Below, piece by piece: positions 36,499 to 49,170 of a stretch of DNA of 49,584 nt (position 1 is its first letter; each line of letters begins with the position of its first letter). The stretch is from NCBI GenBank assembly GCA_018398765.1, contig JAHBMJ010000416.1, forward strand, positions 1 through 49,584. Reading direction: 5' to 3'. Position numbers and translations under genes: made by a program. This DNA is from Chromera velia (taxonomy: Eukaryota). The notes below the pieces were generated by a model. That model was not told where the DNA came from. It worked only from the letters and a program-made list of their open reading frames with translations, and did not search any database.

Positions 36499-39400
36499 AT
36501 TGATTGATTGAATGATTGATTGATTGGTTGAATGATTGATTGATTGGTTGAATGATTGATTGATTGGTTGATTGGTTGATTAACTGATTGGTTGATTGGT
36601 TGATGGATGGATGCAGGTGAGAGCAGGTTTTTATGAGGAAAAGGGAGGCCTCCTCCCCTGTACTGTGAAGGCCTACCGCCTCTACGCCTCTCGTTTTTTT
36701 CTGCCCGCCTTCAGAGACTCAGTCGGGCCGTTCGGGTTCGGGGAGCTCGTCAACTCGTGGCACGTCCACAAACACAGATACAGGTGCGGTGCCAGGCCGG
36801 AAGGCAAGAAGAAATCCAGTTTCTCAGTTGCCTCCCAAACGGCCCCTCTGTCTCACAGACACATGCAGGTATACGAGATCTGCATGGTGTTTCGACATTT
36901 CTTGCGCGAATAATGAGAAGAATTCGCTATTCAGAATGAGAACTCTGTGACGATTGGGAGGAGAAAGAAATCCATAAAAATCTGTTTGAGGAGAAACCCA
37001 AGTGAAGTGCGCTCATTCTGTTCCATTCACGCCCTGACCGCTTCTCTGTCACCTCTCCGATGTTATTTTCTCCATCTTCCCACTCGACTCGACTCCTTCC
37101 TCCTTTCCTGCCTTCCTCCTGCCTGTCTGGATGCCTGCAGATACAACGGTTTGATCATCCGACTGGCCGATATTCCCGACCCTCTCGGTCTCGTTATTCT
37201 CGAGGGCTTCCTGTTTGACCAGCAGGGCAACCTGGTTGCTTCCACGAAACCGTACCAAGTCCAGATGAACAGCCCCGTCCACATGAAGGCTCGGAAAGCC
37301 CCCGGGGGAGACGCCACGCAGGCGGGACTGTTCCTGGGCTCTAAACCCAAACGCTACCATGGGAATCTGGCTGAGTATGTGGAGTATGATTGGGGCAAAA
37401 TCGACAAATACAAATCAGTAGGTCCCGATCAGATCTTCAACAAGACGTTTGACAAACACCGAGGGGGAAACTCCCTTCAGTCTGAGGGGAAAGCAAATGC
37501 AAACGCAATGGCCCAGAAGGCAAGCGGCCAAGAAGGTCCAAAGCCCCCTTTCCCTTTTAACGACGATGGAGACGAAACATTCGATGCCGATACAGATGAA
37601 CCTTCGGGTCGGAGGAGGCGGAAATATCTACAGCCCACCAAACCACCGTCTGCAAAGAACCACCGACGCACAGGAACGGCGCCAGTTAGAGTGCGTGGGG
37701 GGGAAGAGGCGCGAGCAAAGTTCAAGAAGGAACTTGAAGAAATGAAAAGAAAAAACAAGAGGGAAAACATTGAAGCGGAGGGTTTGATTGAAGAGGAGGA
37801 ACAGAAAGAGAGTGAAGGCAAAGAAGGACTTTCCTATTTGGTGTCGCCGCGTTTGACCAAAAACCGCCCCTTTGCCTCAGGACTGCATGATGGCAAGCCT
37901 GAAGTAATGAAAATGGTCGAGAAAGACAATCACAAAAGGGCCTCTTCCCTTGGAGGTCCGCCCCCCGCTGGTAGCACCCAAATTTTCTCCGACGACTCAT
38001 TCACCACAGAGGAGACTGGACCGACGCTTGAGCAGCAACTAACAGAACACTACGCTCCCCTCCGTTTCGACAAGGCAAAATCAGGGCAGACCAGAGGCAT
38101 TGGGGGGCAGATACAGGGGAGGAGACACACACAGAGAGGGTCTTTCTTGGAGATGGAGGCAAAGGACGGGGCACCGACGTCGTCAGACACCGAGGTCGGT
38201 TTTTCATTTTTCTTTTTTTTGTGTCCTGTTTGTTTGTGCCTGCACCTCGGTCTCCGTTTGGCTGTGCATCTTCCCTCGCTTCCCTTTTTCTCTGTATGCC
38301 GCCTTGTATGTGTTTCTCTCTTTTTGATGTCTATGCCCGCTCTACGTTGTCAATTCTCCCTCCTTCTCCATGAAAGCAGGCCGGCATATCCACTGAGGAG
38401 TGCTCCTTTTTCCTTTCGCTCCTCTGTATGCATCTCCCGAAAGTGTCTTTCTCTTTGCGTGAAGCCTCCTGGCACAAATAAATGCCATGCACATGCAGAG
38501 CGAGAAAGACTATGGAGAGTGCTTCTCCTCTGCCGACTACGACACAGTGGACATCAGACTAGAATTCGATGGGGCCAGAAAGGAAAGGAACCTAGAACCA
38601 GGTGGGGGGATGGAAGAGAGAGAAGAAAAACCTCGGCAGGGAAGGAAGAGGGGAGGTCGCTTCCATCTGGCTGTCTTTTCAGATGAGTTCCTTCCCGTCT
38701 GTCTGTCTGTCTGTCTGTCTTCGGAGCTCTTGTTTGGCTGCGCATCCTTTAACAGTTTAAGCTCGCTTGTTCATCTGGTAACCTTTGCCTTTCTCGTGCT
38801 GAGCATTTATACACACGAGTAGATCGGTGCCTGTGTCTATGCGTGGATGTCTGTCTCATATCTGCACACAATGTCTCCATGTCTCTGTCTCTTCGTGTTG
38901 CTGATCAAATCTTTATGCATCGACCTATCTACATCAATCCGCACCGATGCCTTCAACGAAACACCTGCTCCCTCACGCGATCCCTGAAAAATTGGTGTTT
39001 TTTCTCTTTCTTTGTAATTTTGCCTTCCTTCTCACCACTCCCTCAGGCATCTACCACCGGGGCCTGCATTTATTTTCATACATAATACATGCCTGCCTTC
39101 TCACTACTCCCTCACAACAGGCATCTATTACCTTGGCCTGCGCACGAACGCGGACGTGATCATGTGGATGACTGACGGCCTGACGATGCACACAAGAGTG
39201 GAGGAACTCTACAGGAACGAAGACGAGACGTCAGAGGGGGGAGGTACGTCAGCAAATCTGTTGTTTTTTCGGTTGAGTTGGTTGCTTCATGCGGGATGCA
39301 TTGCCAGAAAGATGGCCGGGAGGGCATCATCTAAAGATTGACGCACGCCAGCATCAATCATCGCGTTGCAACGTCTCATCGGAGAAAGGAGACGATGCAG

Positions 39401-42400
39401 CCGGGGGGGTTAGATGACAATGAGAGAAGAGAAGAGAAGGGAAGAGGCACGGGAGTGGCGTGAGAAGAAGAAACACTAAACATTTCCTTTCAGCCGGGTA
39501 CTTATGTTGGGACAACAAATGAACGGTAGAGTGCAGAATGAGCCAGAGATAAAAAGACAGCGAGCGGCTTGAGAGAGGAAGAGAGGACAGTAGAAAGAGG
39601 GGTCGTGCGTGTCCTTCCGCAGTCCTCTTCCTTCCATCTGGGTCGGTGTATGCAGGGTACGTTCTCTCTTGTGGGAGGGAGCATCACGGATTCAGCATGT
39701 GCTTCCTTCCCACAACTTCATTCTGAGAAACGATAGGAGCAGAGACCACCCCTGACATTCTTTATGCCTTTGTTTGTCCACCTCTCAACGGTGCTGAATG
39801 CAATGCAGGGATGATGAAGATGAGAGCAGCCCATCACGACCCTGACCGTTACTTGCTGGACAACATGAAGGACAAGGAAGTTCCGCGAAGTCTCTCTCTC
39901 CCTGCCAGGATGGATTCTCCTGATAGCACGCTCCAACTCCACGAGCATGAAGAAGAGGAAAAGGAGGAAGAAGGAGAAAGGGGAGGAGGAGAGGCAAAAA
40001 AGAACAAAAAGAAGAAACCCGAAGATTTATGGCACTTGCGACATGGTGTGAAGTTGAACACTGAAACCCTATCGCTGGAAATGATGAAATCTATCGTAAC
40101 AGAGCAAAGGTCAGTCAGTCAGTCTTTATATGTGTGACTGCGTGATGGTTTGGATGGATGGATGATGATCGAATGATTGGTTGTTGGTCGGTTGATTGAT
40201 TTGAGGATGGATGATCGGTTGATTGTCGGATTGACCAAGAAAGAACTTCCAGAGAAGAAAAGAGCAGAGAAAGCCATCAAGACCGACCGACCGAATTCCC
40301 CCTTGATCATTCCCTCTATCGATCGAGCTAACGGACGGATCTTTAATCTTCTCTGCATTTCTTCTCGATGCTTTCTTCGTACGGTCTAATCGGATCAGCT
40401 TTCGTTACGTCCGCTCATTTGTTCACATGCCCTTTCATATAATCAACAGCGGAGTTAAAGGGCTGCGGCCATATGCTCTCGAATAAAAATGTGACTGAGC
40501 ATTTGGTCATTCTAGAGTCGTCTTTTCTTCGCTCCCGATATTTCTTCTGAATTGTCAAGAACTTGTAGAACGCTGGCGGAAAGAGCAGCTCCCTGCAATG
40601 AGTACGATGATCTACCCTCCCAAGCTCTTGACTGAATTGACTTGACTGCATGCAGAAAGGACCAGCCAGGTTCCCAAGCTCTCGCAGTGACCTACGACGT
40701 CATCCTGCCTTCCTGGAAGGGATATGCCGTGTGGGCCCTGACGCTGGTGGCACTCGCACTCACAACAGAGGGGGTTCCTACGGAGTTTGTCATGCTCGGT
40801 CTCATCGTCGGTCAGTGAGCGTTTTGTTCTTTCAGATTCAGAGAATGAGGTGGGAGCATTTGGGTGGGCGTTTGCTCGGCAGCTGTGGCAGAGGCTCGGA
40901 GAGCAACACGAGGCGGAATTATTCATGGGCTACACATCAGTAGTGGAAAGCACTTGAGCGCAAGACCTGTTTGTCTTTTTTATTTACTCACGACACTTAG
41001 ACATTTACTCAGTCCGCAACCCTCACAGGAAAAGATCTCCTCTAGCTATCCTCCTTCGCTTAAGGTTTGTGCTTCTCTTTCGCTAGGGATACGGCCTTTC
41101 TTCTGAACGCCAACGCACGACGCGTACCTTCGGTCTGTATTTCATATTCAAATTCTGTCTCTGTTGTTCATGCATTCATTTGGTGTGTGTGTTTTGCGAC
41201 TGCAGTCTTTAGCCTGGTGGGAATCATCGAACCGACCACCGCTGTGTGTGGATTTGGTAATAGGGGGGTCGTCGCACTCGCAGCTCTCTTTGCAGTCTCT
41301 TATGGTGGGTCCTTCCTTCATCCCTCTCGTCTCCTTTCTTTCTTGGCGCCGTTCCGAGCAAAACCCTTCCTTCATCCCTCTCGTCTCATTTCTTTCTTGA
41401 CGCCATTCCGAGCAAAGCCCTTCCTTCATCCCTCTCGTCTCATTTCTTTCTTGGCGCCATTCCGAGCAAAGCCCTTTCCTTTTTCTCTTTGTTTCTTTTA
41501 CATCCTCCGCCTCCCTGCTGTCATGTTTCCGACCCGCTTTCTTCGTCAATGAACACGAAATATTGACTCTGAGTTTTTCCACAGGTGAAAAATTAGAAAT
41601 CAACGCTTACCAATCAATTTGTTACCTTTCTCGCTCTAGCTGGATCATTTGGCACAGAGTCTCTCTTTCTTCCCTTCTCTGTTTAACTCTGCCCTACCTG
41701 CCTATCTGCCTATCTGCCTGGCTGTTTGCCTGCAGTGATTCAGGAGACTGCCCTCTTGGATCGGTTGTTCAGATACGTCCTGGCGTCTCCCCGGACGGAG
41801 GTCGAGGCACACGCCCGCATTGCTGTGCCTGTAATCGTGCTGAGCGCTGTGTTCTCCAACACGGTAACGGTGTCAGTGATGATCCCCGTGCTGATGTCCT
41901 GGTGCTCCAAACTGGGCGTGCACCCCTCTCGCGTGATGATGCCTGTTGCATTCTACAGTCAACTGGGGGGGTGTCTGACGGTGATGGGCAGCTCTGCAAA
42001 CATGGCGTGTGTCTCCGTGATGCCCTCGGCAATCGCGGGATCTGAAGAGTCAGTCGTCAGGCGGCCTGCATGTCGGCGGGCTGTCATTCTGTCTGTCTGT
42101 GCGTGTTTTTTGATGCAAAGAGATTGGTTGGGCTGACGATGGAATACGATGTGCATTCCTAGCTGAGACACAAGCCGAGTGAGTGAAGTTTTTCGCAGTA
42201 GAATGATTCAAGACGTGTGTGGGTGAGTGAGTGAGTGAGTGAGTGAGTGAGTGAGTAAGTGAGTGAGTGAGTGAGTGAGTGAGTGAGCCGTTCTCTTATT
42301 ATTGGGTCTCTTGGGAACTGTTATTCTCTTCTCTTCTCTTCTCTTCTCTTCTTCCCTACGTCTTGCCACGGCCTATGTGTAGTGTTTGGTTGCTCATAAT

Positions 42401-44670
42401 TTGGCATGGCTGTTCTTATTCTTTCTGACAATCTTTATGTGTATTTCTGGCTGTCATTCTTTCTGTCTGCAGGTGGACCCACCTTTTTCTGTTTGGCTCT
42501 CTGGTTGCTTTCGCTGGGGTCAGTGGTTCTTCTTTTCGTTACTTTTTTCTCTTTCTGAACCGAATTGGGGCATTCATCCATGCAGTTTTCTCAACTCTCT
42601 TTTGCTTGTTCATTGATACGTCCTTCGGTTGCTTCTCTCTCGATTGGCATGCAGAGGTCTTTCAGCACCTCCGTCGCCTTTTTTTTTCTGTATGAAAATG
42701 AATAGAAAACGGTTGCTTCTCTCTCGATTGGTACGCAGAGTTTTTTCATCACCTCCCTCGCTAAGACCTTTCTGAGAGCCTCGCACATCCCCGAGGAGGA
42801 CCAGGGAGAGGTGAGGGACACATTCGACGTTCCGACTCTGGAGGACATCGAGCAGCAGTCTAAGTCCATGAGGTAGGTAGGTGAGCTCACCGGAATGTAG
42901 GGGCTGCAGGATGCGGGGGGGCCTTTTGTTGTATTGTGCTCTTTCTGGATGGACGTCTTCTCTTGTTTTGGCGTCTTTTTATCCAGCCACCGTTTGGAAT
43001 CGTCACACGTTGTGATTCGGCAACAGATTCCTTTTGTGGAGTACACAAGCAATTCAAGGAACTTTGCCTTTTCTCTCTCTATCCCTCCATGCAGGTACCG
43101 GATGTCGGTAGATGGCACAGTGAAGCTGGGGATGTACGACGACGACGAGGACGATCTCCACCTTGACCTCTTCTCTCTGAAGAGAACTGAGAAGACACAC
43201 CTCGAGTTCCATATGCTCTTCTACGTGGACAACTCGTGCCAACTAATTGGACAGACCATCGACCATGTGCGTGCGTCAGTCAGTCAGTCAGTCAGTCAGT
43301 CAGTCGGGGTTCTGATTTATTATCTATTTCTTTCTGGTCTTGGCTCCCTTTTGTCAGGTTCTCTCTTGTTTGTCAACCTTTTGCGTTCTTACTTCTGTTG
43401 CATGTGCGTCAGGGGCGTGAGCGTCTCACTCAGTGGACAAAATCGTGGTCTCAAATTATTCTGTCGACTCTTCCTTTTCTTTCCGGCCGGATTCTCCCCG
43501 TCAAATAAATGGATCATGCTTGCCTCTTTTTTTTTCTGCTTTGCTGTCTCCTTTTTTTCTTTCTTTCTTTCAGGCCGGTCTTCACCGCATGAGGGGCATC
43601 CGTCTGCTCGGTGTCTCCTCTGAGGACGGGGAAGTCATCTTCCCCCCAGAGCCCTACACACCCGAGGTTGCCAGAGAGGCCATGGACACGATCATGTTCG
43701 AACCGGGGGACGTGGTCAAGTTGGCAGTCTTGGCGACTTCGTTGAATCAACTGAGGAGGATCTCCGGATTCCGTTTGTCAATGTACCCCCTGTTAGAGAG
43801 GGTGGGGGGGAAGAGACGGCACAGGTGCCTGGCACAAGTGGCGGTGCCTAATCAGTGCCCTCTGCTGCGACACCCCATTCATCAAATGCACATGTACGAG
43901 ATGTTCGGCCTGGTCGTGCTCGCAGTGAGAAGGACGGAGGGCCCCCCCCCGTGTCAGAGAGACTTTGAGAACTTTCAGCTGCTCCCGGGGGATATTCTGC
44001 TCTGTGAGGCAGAGACGTGAGTCTGCGTGCCTGCCTGTCTTTTTTCTGCTCTTTTCTACTTTCTTGAAACCCTTTGTGTCTGAGGGAGAACGTCGACCAG
44101 CCTGTCGCTCTCTTTCTTGTCGACAAACCATTTTGGTGACATGCCTTGGTAAGAGTCATGTTAATATGTTCTCAGCAGAAGTATTTTTTTTAGTTCTCTT
44201 TTTCTCTTCATCGTGCACTAGAGAGATCATCTCGGCGCTGTTCTTTCTTTCTTCACAGATTCATTTGAAATTCATTTTGAACTACTTTGTTCATCTGCCC
44301 CCTTTTGTCCTCCTTCCTTCCTTCCTTCCTTCCTTCCTCTTTCTGCCTGCCTCGATCCTTCCATGCAGACGAATCCTGAAAGAACCTCCCCCCGAGTTCT
44401 CTCTCGTTGCTCCCGTGCCTAACTCGAAACCACCAAGGGTGGGCAGGTTCGCAGACAGAGTAAGGGCGTGGCTGGTGATGGCGCTGCTGGTGCTCGTCCT
44501 GGTGTCGGCATGGGTGATCACGAAACTGCAGAGTCACCTGGCGTGCCTGTACATGCTCATCGTGTTCCTGTACATCCTCATGCGAGCATGCAACTACGAG
44601 GAAGTGTACCATTCCCTCAATGGTGAGTCGGTCGGGGGAGTTGCGGGAAGGGAGGGAACCCTTTGGAGGC

Positions 44671-44757
<87 letters not shown>

Positions 44758-46114
44758 TGTTTGTGTTTGTGTGTGTGTGTGTGTGGGTGCACCTGTCTTC
44801 TCCCTCTCTCTGCGTATGCTCTTTGCAAGAAGAAGAATGTCGGCATCTGTGTCCTTCCATCTGTTACAAGTAGCAGAAGACTGCGTCTGCCTGTATGCTT
44901 TTCCATTCTTTCTTTGCACACGCACACTCAGTGCAGCTTGCGTAGAAACAGCTACTTGCATAGAAGCGCCCATGTGGCTTGCAAACAGAAGTATGAGTCT
45001 TTATCACTTTGGTGACGGTTTTTGTTTTGCCTACGTCTCAGTGTTTCTGTATCTCGTGTTTGTCTACCTACATTGAAATTTTGTTTGTCGTTGCAGGCCC
45101 AATTTTGGTGACTGTGCATGCATTCATACGTGCAAAAAGAATCCTGTATGAAAATGAATGTATGAACTTGTGTTTGTCTTTGCAGGCCCAATTTTGGTGA
45201 CTGTGGGCGCGGCGTTCGGAGTTGCAGCCGCGTTCCGTGAGTCTGGAGCCGCCACGGCCGTTGCTGACTGGCTGATGTTGGTGTCCCGTCTCCTTCCTGA
45301 GAGCATCTTCGGACCTCTGGGGGTGTACCTGGGGATCTACGTGACAGTGACGACGCTGTCGGCCTTCATCACCTCCAACGCGACTGTGATCATCTGCGCA
45401 TCCATCGTGCTTGACATCGCAGACAGGCACGTGCATGCGGTTACTTTCATACGTTTATGCGTTTACTTTCTGAAAAAGAATTCTGTATGAAAGTGATCAT
45501 CTGCGCATCCATCGTGCTTGACATCGTAGACAGCCACGTGCACTGGGGGGGGGACTTCTAATTTCTCTCTCTGCTGGTGGATCATTCATTCATTTATTCA
45601 CTTTGATGTTGATCGATTGATGAGGCGCTAGCTCAGTGGTCCAGAATGGGTTTCTCGAAGTGAGTATGCGAGTACCTCTCCTTTATTCATTCTGCAGTTC
45701 TGTCCCCTATGCATGCATACACCGTTACCCGGTTCAGGGGCTCATGCATACATCGTCACGGGGTTCAGGGTTTCAGGACAAGTACGTACTTCCTTGCCAC
45801 CCGTGCATCTACTGATTGACGCACGCACGTTGATTGAAGCGCGTTCATGCTTTCATTTCTTTCTTTGCAGGTGCGCTGTGAACCAGATCAGTTGCTTCCT
45901 GGTCCTACTCTTCAGTGCCAACTGCGCTTTCACGACGCCCTTCGGGTACCAGACGAACATGATGGTCCTGCCGTACGGGTGCTACTCGTTCTTTGACTAC
46001 CTCCGGTTCGGCTTCCCCCTCAACTGCTGTATGCTCCCTGTGGTCCTGACGGCAGTCAGGCTGAGGGACCTGCTGCCAGAGTTAATTGCCTGGATCTCTA
46101 GCTTTTGGACGTAG
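35502..46114 (+). CDS. SLC13/CitMHS-family (SLT/SAC1-like) anion symporter with TrkA-C domains and a long N-terminal extension, about 1346 aa; exons 35502-35693, 36617-36783, 37141-38194, 38499-38601, 39121-39243, 39809-40109, 40656-40810, 41206-41304, 41736-42048, 42473-42518, 42739-42872, 43095-43266, 43574-44016, 44369-44622, 45186-45426, 45871-46114
   Basis: Family motifs GFGNRGVVALAALF, LSAVFSNT..V..MIP, PSRVMMP...SQLGG..TVMGSSAN, VLAVRR...LLPGDILL (TrkA-C), LSAFITSNA, TPFGYQTNMMV..G.Y.F.DYLRFG.PL. All 15 intron phases are compatible (4041 nt). The core from 40656 is secure; joining of exons 1-6 is less so. Confidence 0.85.
36221..36604. repeat. (ATTG)n microsatellite with GTTG/AATG variants in transporter intron 1
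   Basis: Directly visible. Confidence 0.97.
41311..41476. repeat. Three tandem copies of a 54-bp unit in a transporter intron
   Basis: CCTTCCTTCATCCCTCTCGTCTC...TTCCGAGCAAA starting at 41311, 41365 and 41419. Confidence 0.92.
42223..42287. repeat. (GAGT)n microsatellite
   Basis: Directly visible. Confidence 0.9.
44671..44784. repeat. (CT)n-(GT)n compound microsatellite in a transporter intron
   Basis: Directly visible. Confidence 0.92.
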
Positions 46115-46699
46115 CAAGCAATTCAGGCGTTCGTATGCACAGACAAGGGGGCCGGGGCTGTGCTTTCTCATTCATTGAGGAAGTAAGAGCTTTTTGAACA
46201 GAGGAGGGAAAATCATGTTGCAACGAGGGCGTCGGCCGGGTTCTCTCTCGTTGTGAAGGGAGGACACTGGCATGCAGTGGCAGGGGGGAAACAGCGGAGT
46301 GCTAGCGGCCGGGAATGCATCGGTACTTTCCTTCAAAGCGAAGGATCGAGAGTCAATGGAGTGATGCAGCGGTGTTATGAACATTACAAGGAAGATCATC
46401 ATGTCAACATCAAATCATTGAAAGAAAACTGCTCTATTTGAGCGAGCCAACAAAGAACTTGGTGGAGTGTTAGGAGTGAAAAGGAAAGAAATTGAACCGC
46501 TTATAATTCGTTTTTTTGAAAGAAAAAATAAATTTTAGACTTGCCTAGATACTTGCAAACCTTCAATTTTCTTTTTAGAAATATATGTATTGAATTATAC
46601 ATCCTAAGAATCAAATTAGAAGTCATGACTAGAGTCATGATCAATAATGATAAAATAATAATTAAATTGAGTAAACTGCATGGTATAAAAAAAATAAAA

Positions 46700-46701
46700 C
46701 A

Positions 46702-46762
<61 letters not shown>

Positions 46763-46903
46763 TATATAATGCGCTTTTCATTAAATATATATTTCAATTA
46801 AAAGCACTACTAATTAATCACTCATGTCTGTTCATGAGTGAAAATCTAGTATGAAACCTCAAAATAATTAAAAACATATATATGATGATATATATCTATA
46901 TCT

Positions 46904-46974
<71 letters not shown>

Positions 46975-47039
46975 ACATACATCCATACATCCATACTATG
47001 ATAGTACACACACACACATCCATACATCCATACTATAAT

Positions 47040-47129
<90 letters not shown>

Positions 47130-47157
47130 CACACACACGCACACACACACACACACA
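46700..47157. repeat. AT-rich intergenic block with (AT)n, (AG)n, (CA)n and (CATC/CATA) repeats
   Basis: Directly visible, between convergent gene ends. Confidence 0.9.
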
Positions 47158-47759
47158 AAGGTCAAAAAACCGTCTGCAGACCTTTGTTTCATGATAAACT
47201 TGATCAAGATATAACAAGAGTGTGCAACACCTTGCAAGTTACAATACTGAAGCATTACTTGTACAACGGTACAACACTACTGAGTTGTGATCAAAACAAA
47301 GAAAAATTGGTATAAGTATAGGTATAACAACACTCCAACAACAGTTGTTCACTCGTGCAACAGATAAACAACACTCAAACAACACATGTTTGTGTCTGAC
47401 GACGACAACAACAACAACAAAACATAAAACAAAAAAGTGAAAATGACCTTTTTTTCTCAGAGGTTCCGCATACGCCATGAGGATAGACACTTACGTCGTG
47501 GTCTTATTCTTGCCTCCTGCGGACTTCGAAAAAATCACCCTCACCGTGCACTCTTTTATCAATGTACATCAACTCTATTGGACTGCTGCCTACCCGTCCA
47601 ACCGACTGTCGAATTAGAAAGCCAACTTTCTGCCAATAAATAAGCTCAAGATGAACTCTTTCAGCCAAACCGATCGAGAGGACATCAGAGAGCGATAGAA
47701 AGGAGGAAAAGCGCACTGCAGTACCCATGCCAACACACAAACCCATCGACTCTTTTCCC

Positions 47760-48673
47760 TCACTGCATCGATATAAGGTTTTCGAGTCGAGTGAGGTCCT
47801 CTTGGGCTTCCTTCATGTCTCTGCAGGCCTCCAACTCCAATTTCATCTGGCCATTCATCATCTGCACGGCGTGCAGAGGCTTCGGACCCGCCCTCCCGTG
47901 CCCCTTTGCGTACGGCATCGCTTCCTGAAGGGTGGAGGGGTACTGCTGCAAATGCTCCAACAGTGCCTCTTTGTGGCATACCTCCTCTTGAAGCTCCTCC
48001 CTCATCCGTCTGTGCTCCTCTGCAATTCTCGCCTCCCTGTTCTGCTCCCTCTCATACCTATTCTCCACAATCTTCCGAGCTAACTTTCCGTTGTCTATCA
48101 GCATCGGACGGTCATACGCAGAGAGGGTGGGCACACGGGCTTCCTTGGGCATGGCAGTGCATTTCGAAAACTGGAACTGGAAGGCCAGCCGGTCCTTCTC
48201 GGTGTCCTGGTTGCGGCCTGGGAGGGGTCTGTCTGCCTTGTTGTGATATCCCTTCGTTTCCTTCAGGATAGTCTCGAGGGCCTTCTTCTTGGAGGCAGTC
48301 TGGGGCACTGCTGCCTTCTTGGGACGGCCAACCTGCAACCATGCATACTCCAAATAATGTGTATCGATGTAGTATTGTACATGCAAAGTGAACATCGAAA
48401 TGAACAGGAGAGCGCGAGGCTGAGATGGCTGATAGAAAGCTGCTGGCTGACCTTTGGTACGTCTACGACCGCTCTTTGAGGGCATGGCTTCTTCGGCTTT
48501 TCGCTCTGCTGTTGTTGGGCGTTCATGTCTTTGTGTATTGTCTTGATCAGAGGGTAGTTGATTTTGGGTGCGTGTTTGGTCTTGTAGAGCGAATAGAGCA
48601 GGCGTCCTGCCTCTGTGTCTCTCCCGAACCGCTTCCACATCTCTTCCTGAGCAAGAACCTCTGGAGGCTCCAT
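47760..48673 (-). CDS. Two-exon protein of about 264 aa (48673-48452, 48332-47760), UPF0193/EVG1-like
   Basis: ATG 48673, a phase-0 GT-AG intron (48451-48333), open to TGA 47760. RNQDTEKDRLAFQF and the C-terminal helices EELQEEVCHKEALLEHL...EDLTRLE resemble UPF0193 from memory. The gene model is firmer than the family call. Confidence 0.65.
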
Positions 48674-48944
48674 CTTGGAAGAACTGGCTCTTTTGCAGAA
48701 CGGTGGAAAGGGAAAAAATGAAAGTGTTGCAAAGAGAGGACAATCAAGCAACACGTTGCACAGTGTCTCTGAGAGGCCAGTGAGTCACACAGCCTTTGTC
48801 GATTCGAGAAGGAAACGGGGCAGACAAAGTAGCTGAGCTCTTTTGTGCCATCAGGTGTGCTGATCTGGAAGTGGAGGCGTTCATCTTCATAGACTAAACT
48901 AGATATATACATCAGAGTGAGGCAAATTTCAAGTGCAACACCAA

Positions 48945-49170
48945 ATTAATGCATGAAGCGCATGCATGCATGTATATACTCGATCCCAAATTGCGTACGC
49001 GCGTGCATGCATGCAAAGAAAATTATAAGCAGAAAAAAATCGCGCACTCGATTTGAATTCGCGCGTGCGCGCGCGCCCAGCGCGACTGACAAAACTGCAT
49101 GCGTGCATCCGCGAGCCCCAGAAGCCAAAGGCCGCGGCCAGGAATCCGATCTCGATATATGTCTATACTA
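48945..49170. promoter_or_regulatory. Probable promoter of the 48673 gene with TGCATGCA clusters and CGCG boxes
   Basis: Several (T)GCATGCA, AAAATCGCGC, TTCGCGCG and GCGCGCGC within 220 bp; same composition as 34560-34870. Confidence 0.45.

Noticed and set aside
41311..41476. CRISPR-like array
   Set aside because: Head-to-tail 54-bp units with no unique spacers, inside a eukaryotic intron, and no cas genes.
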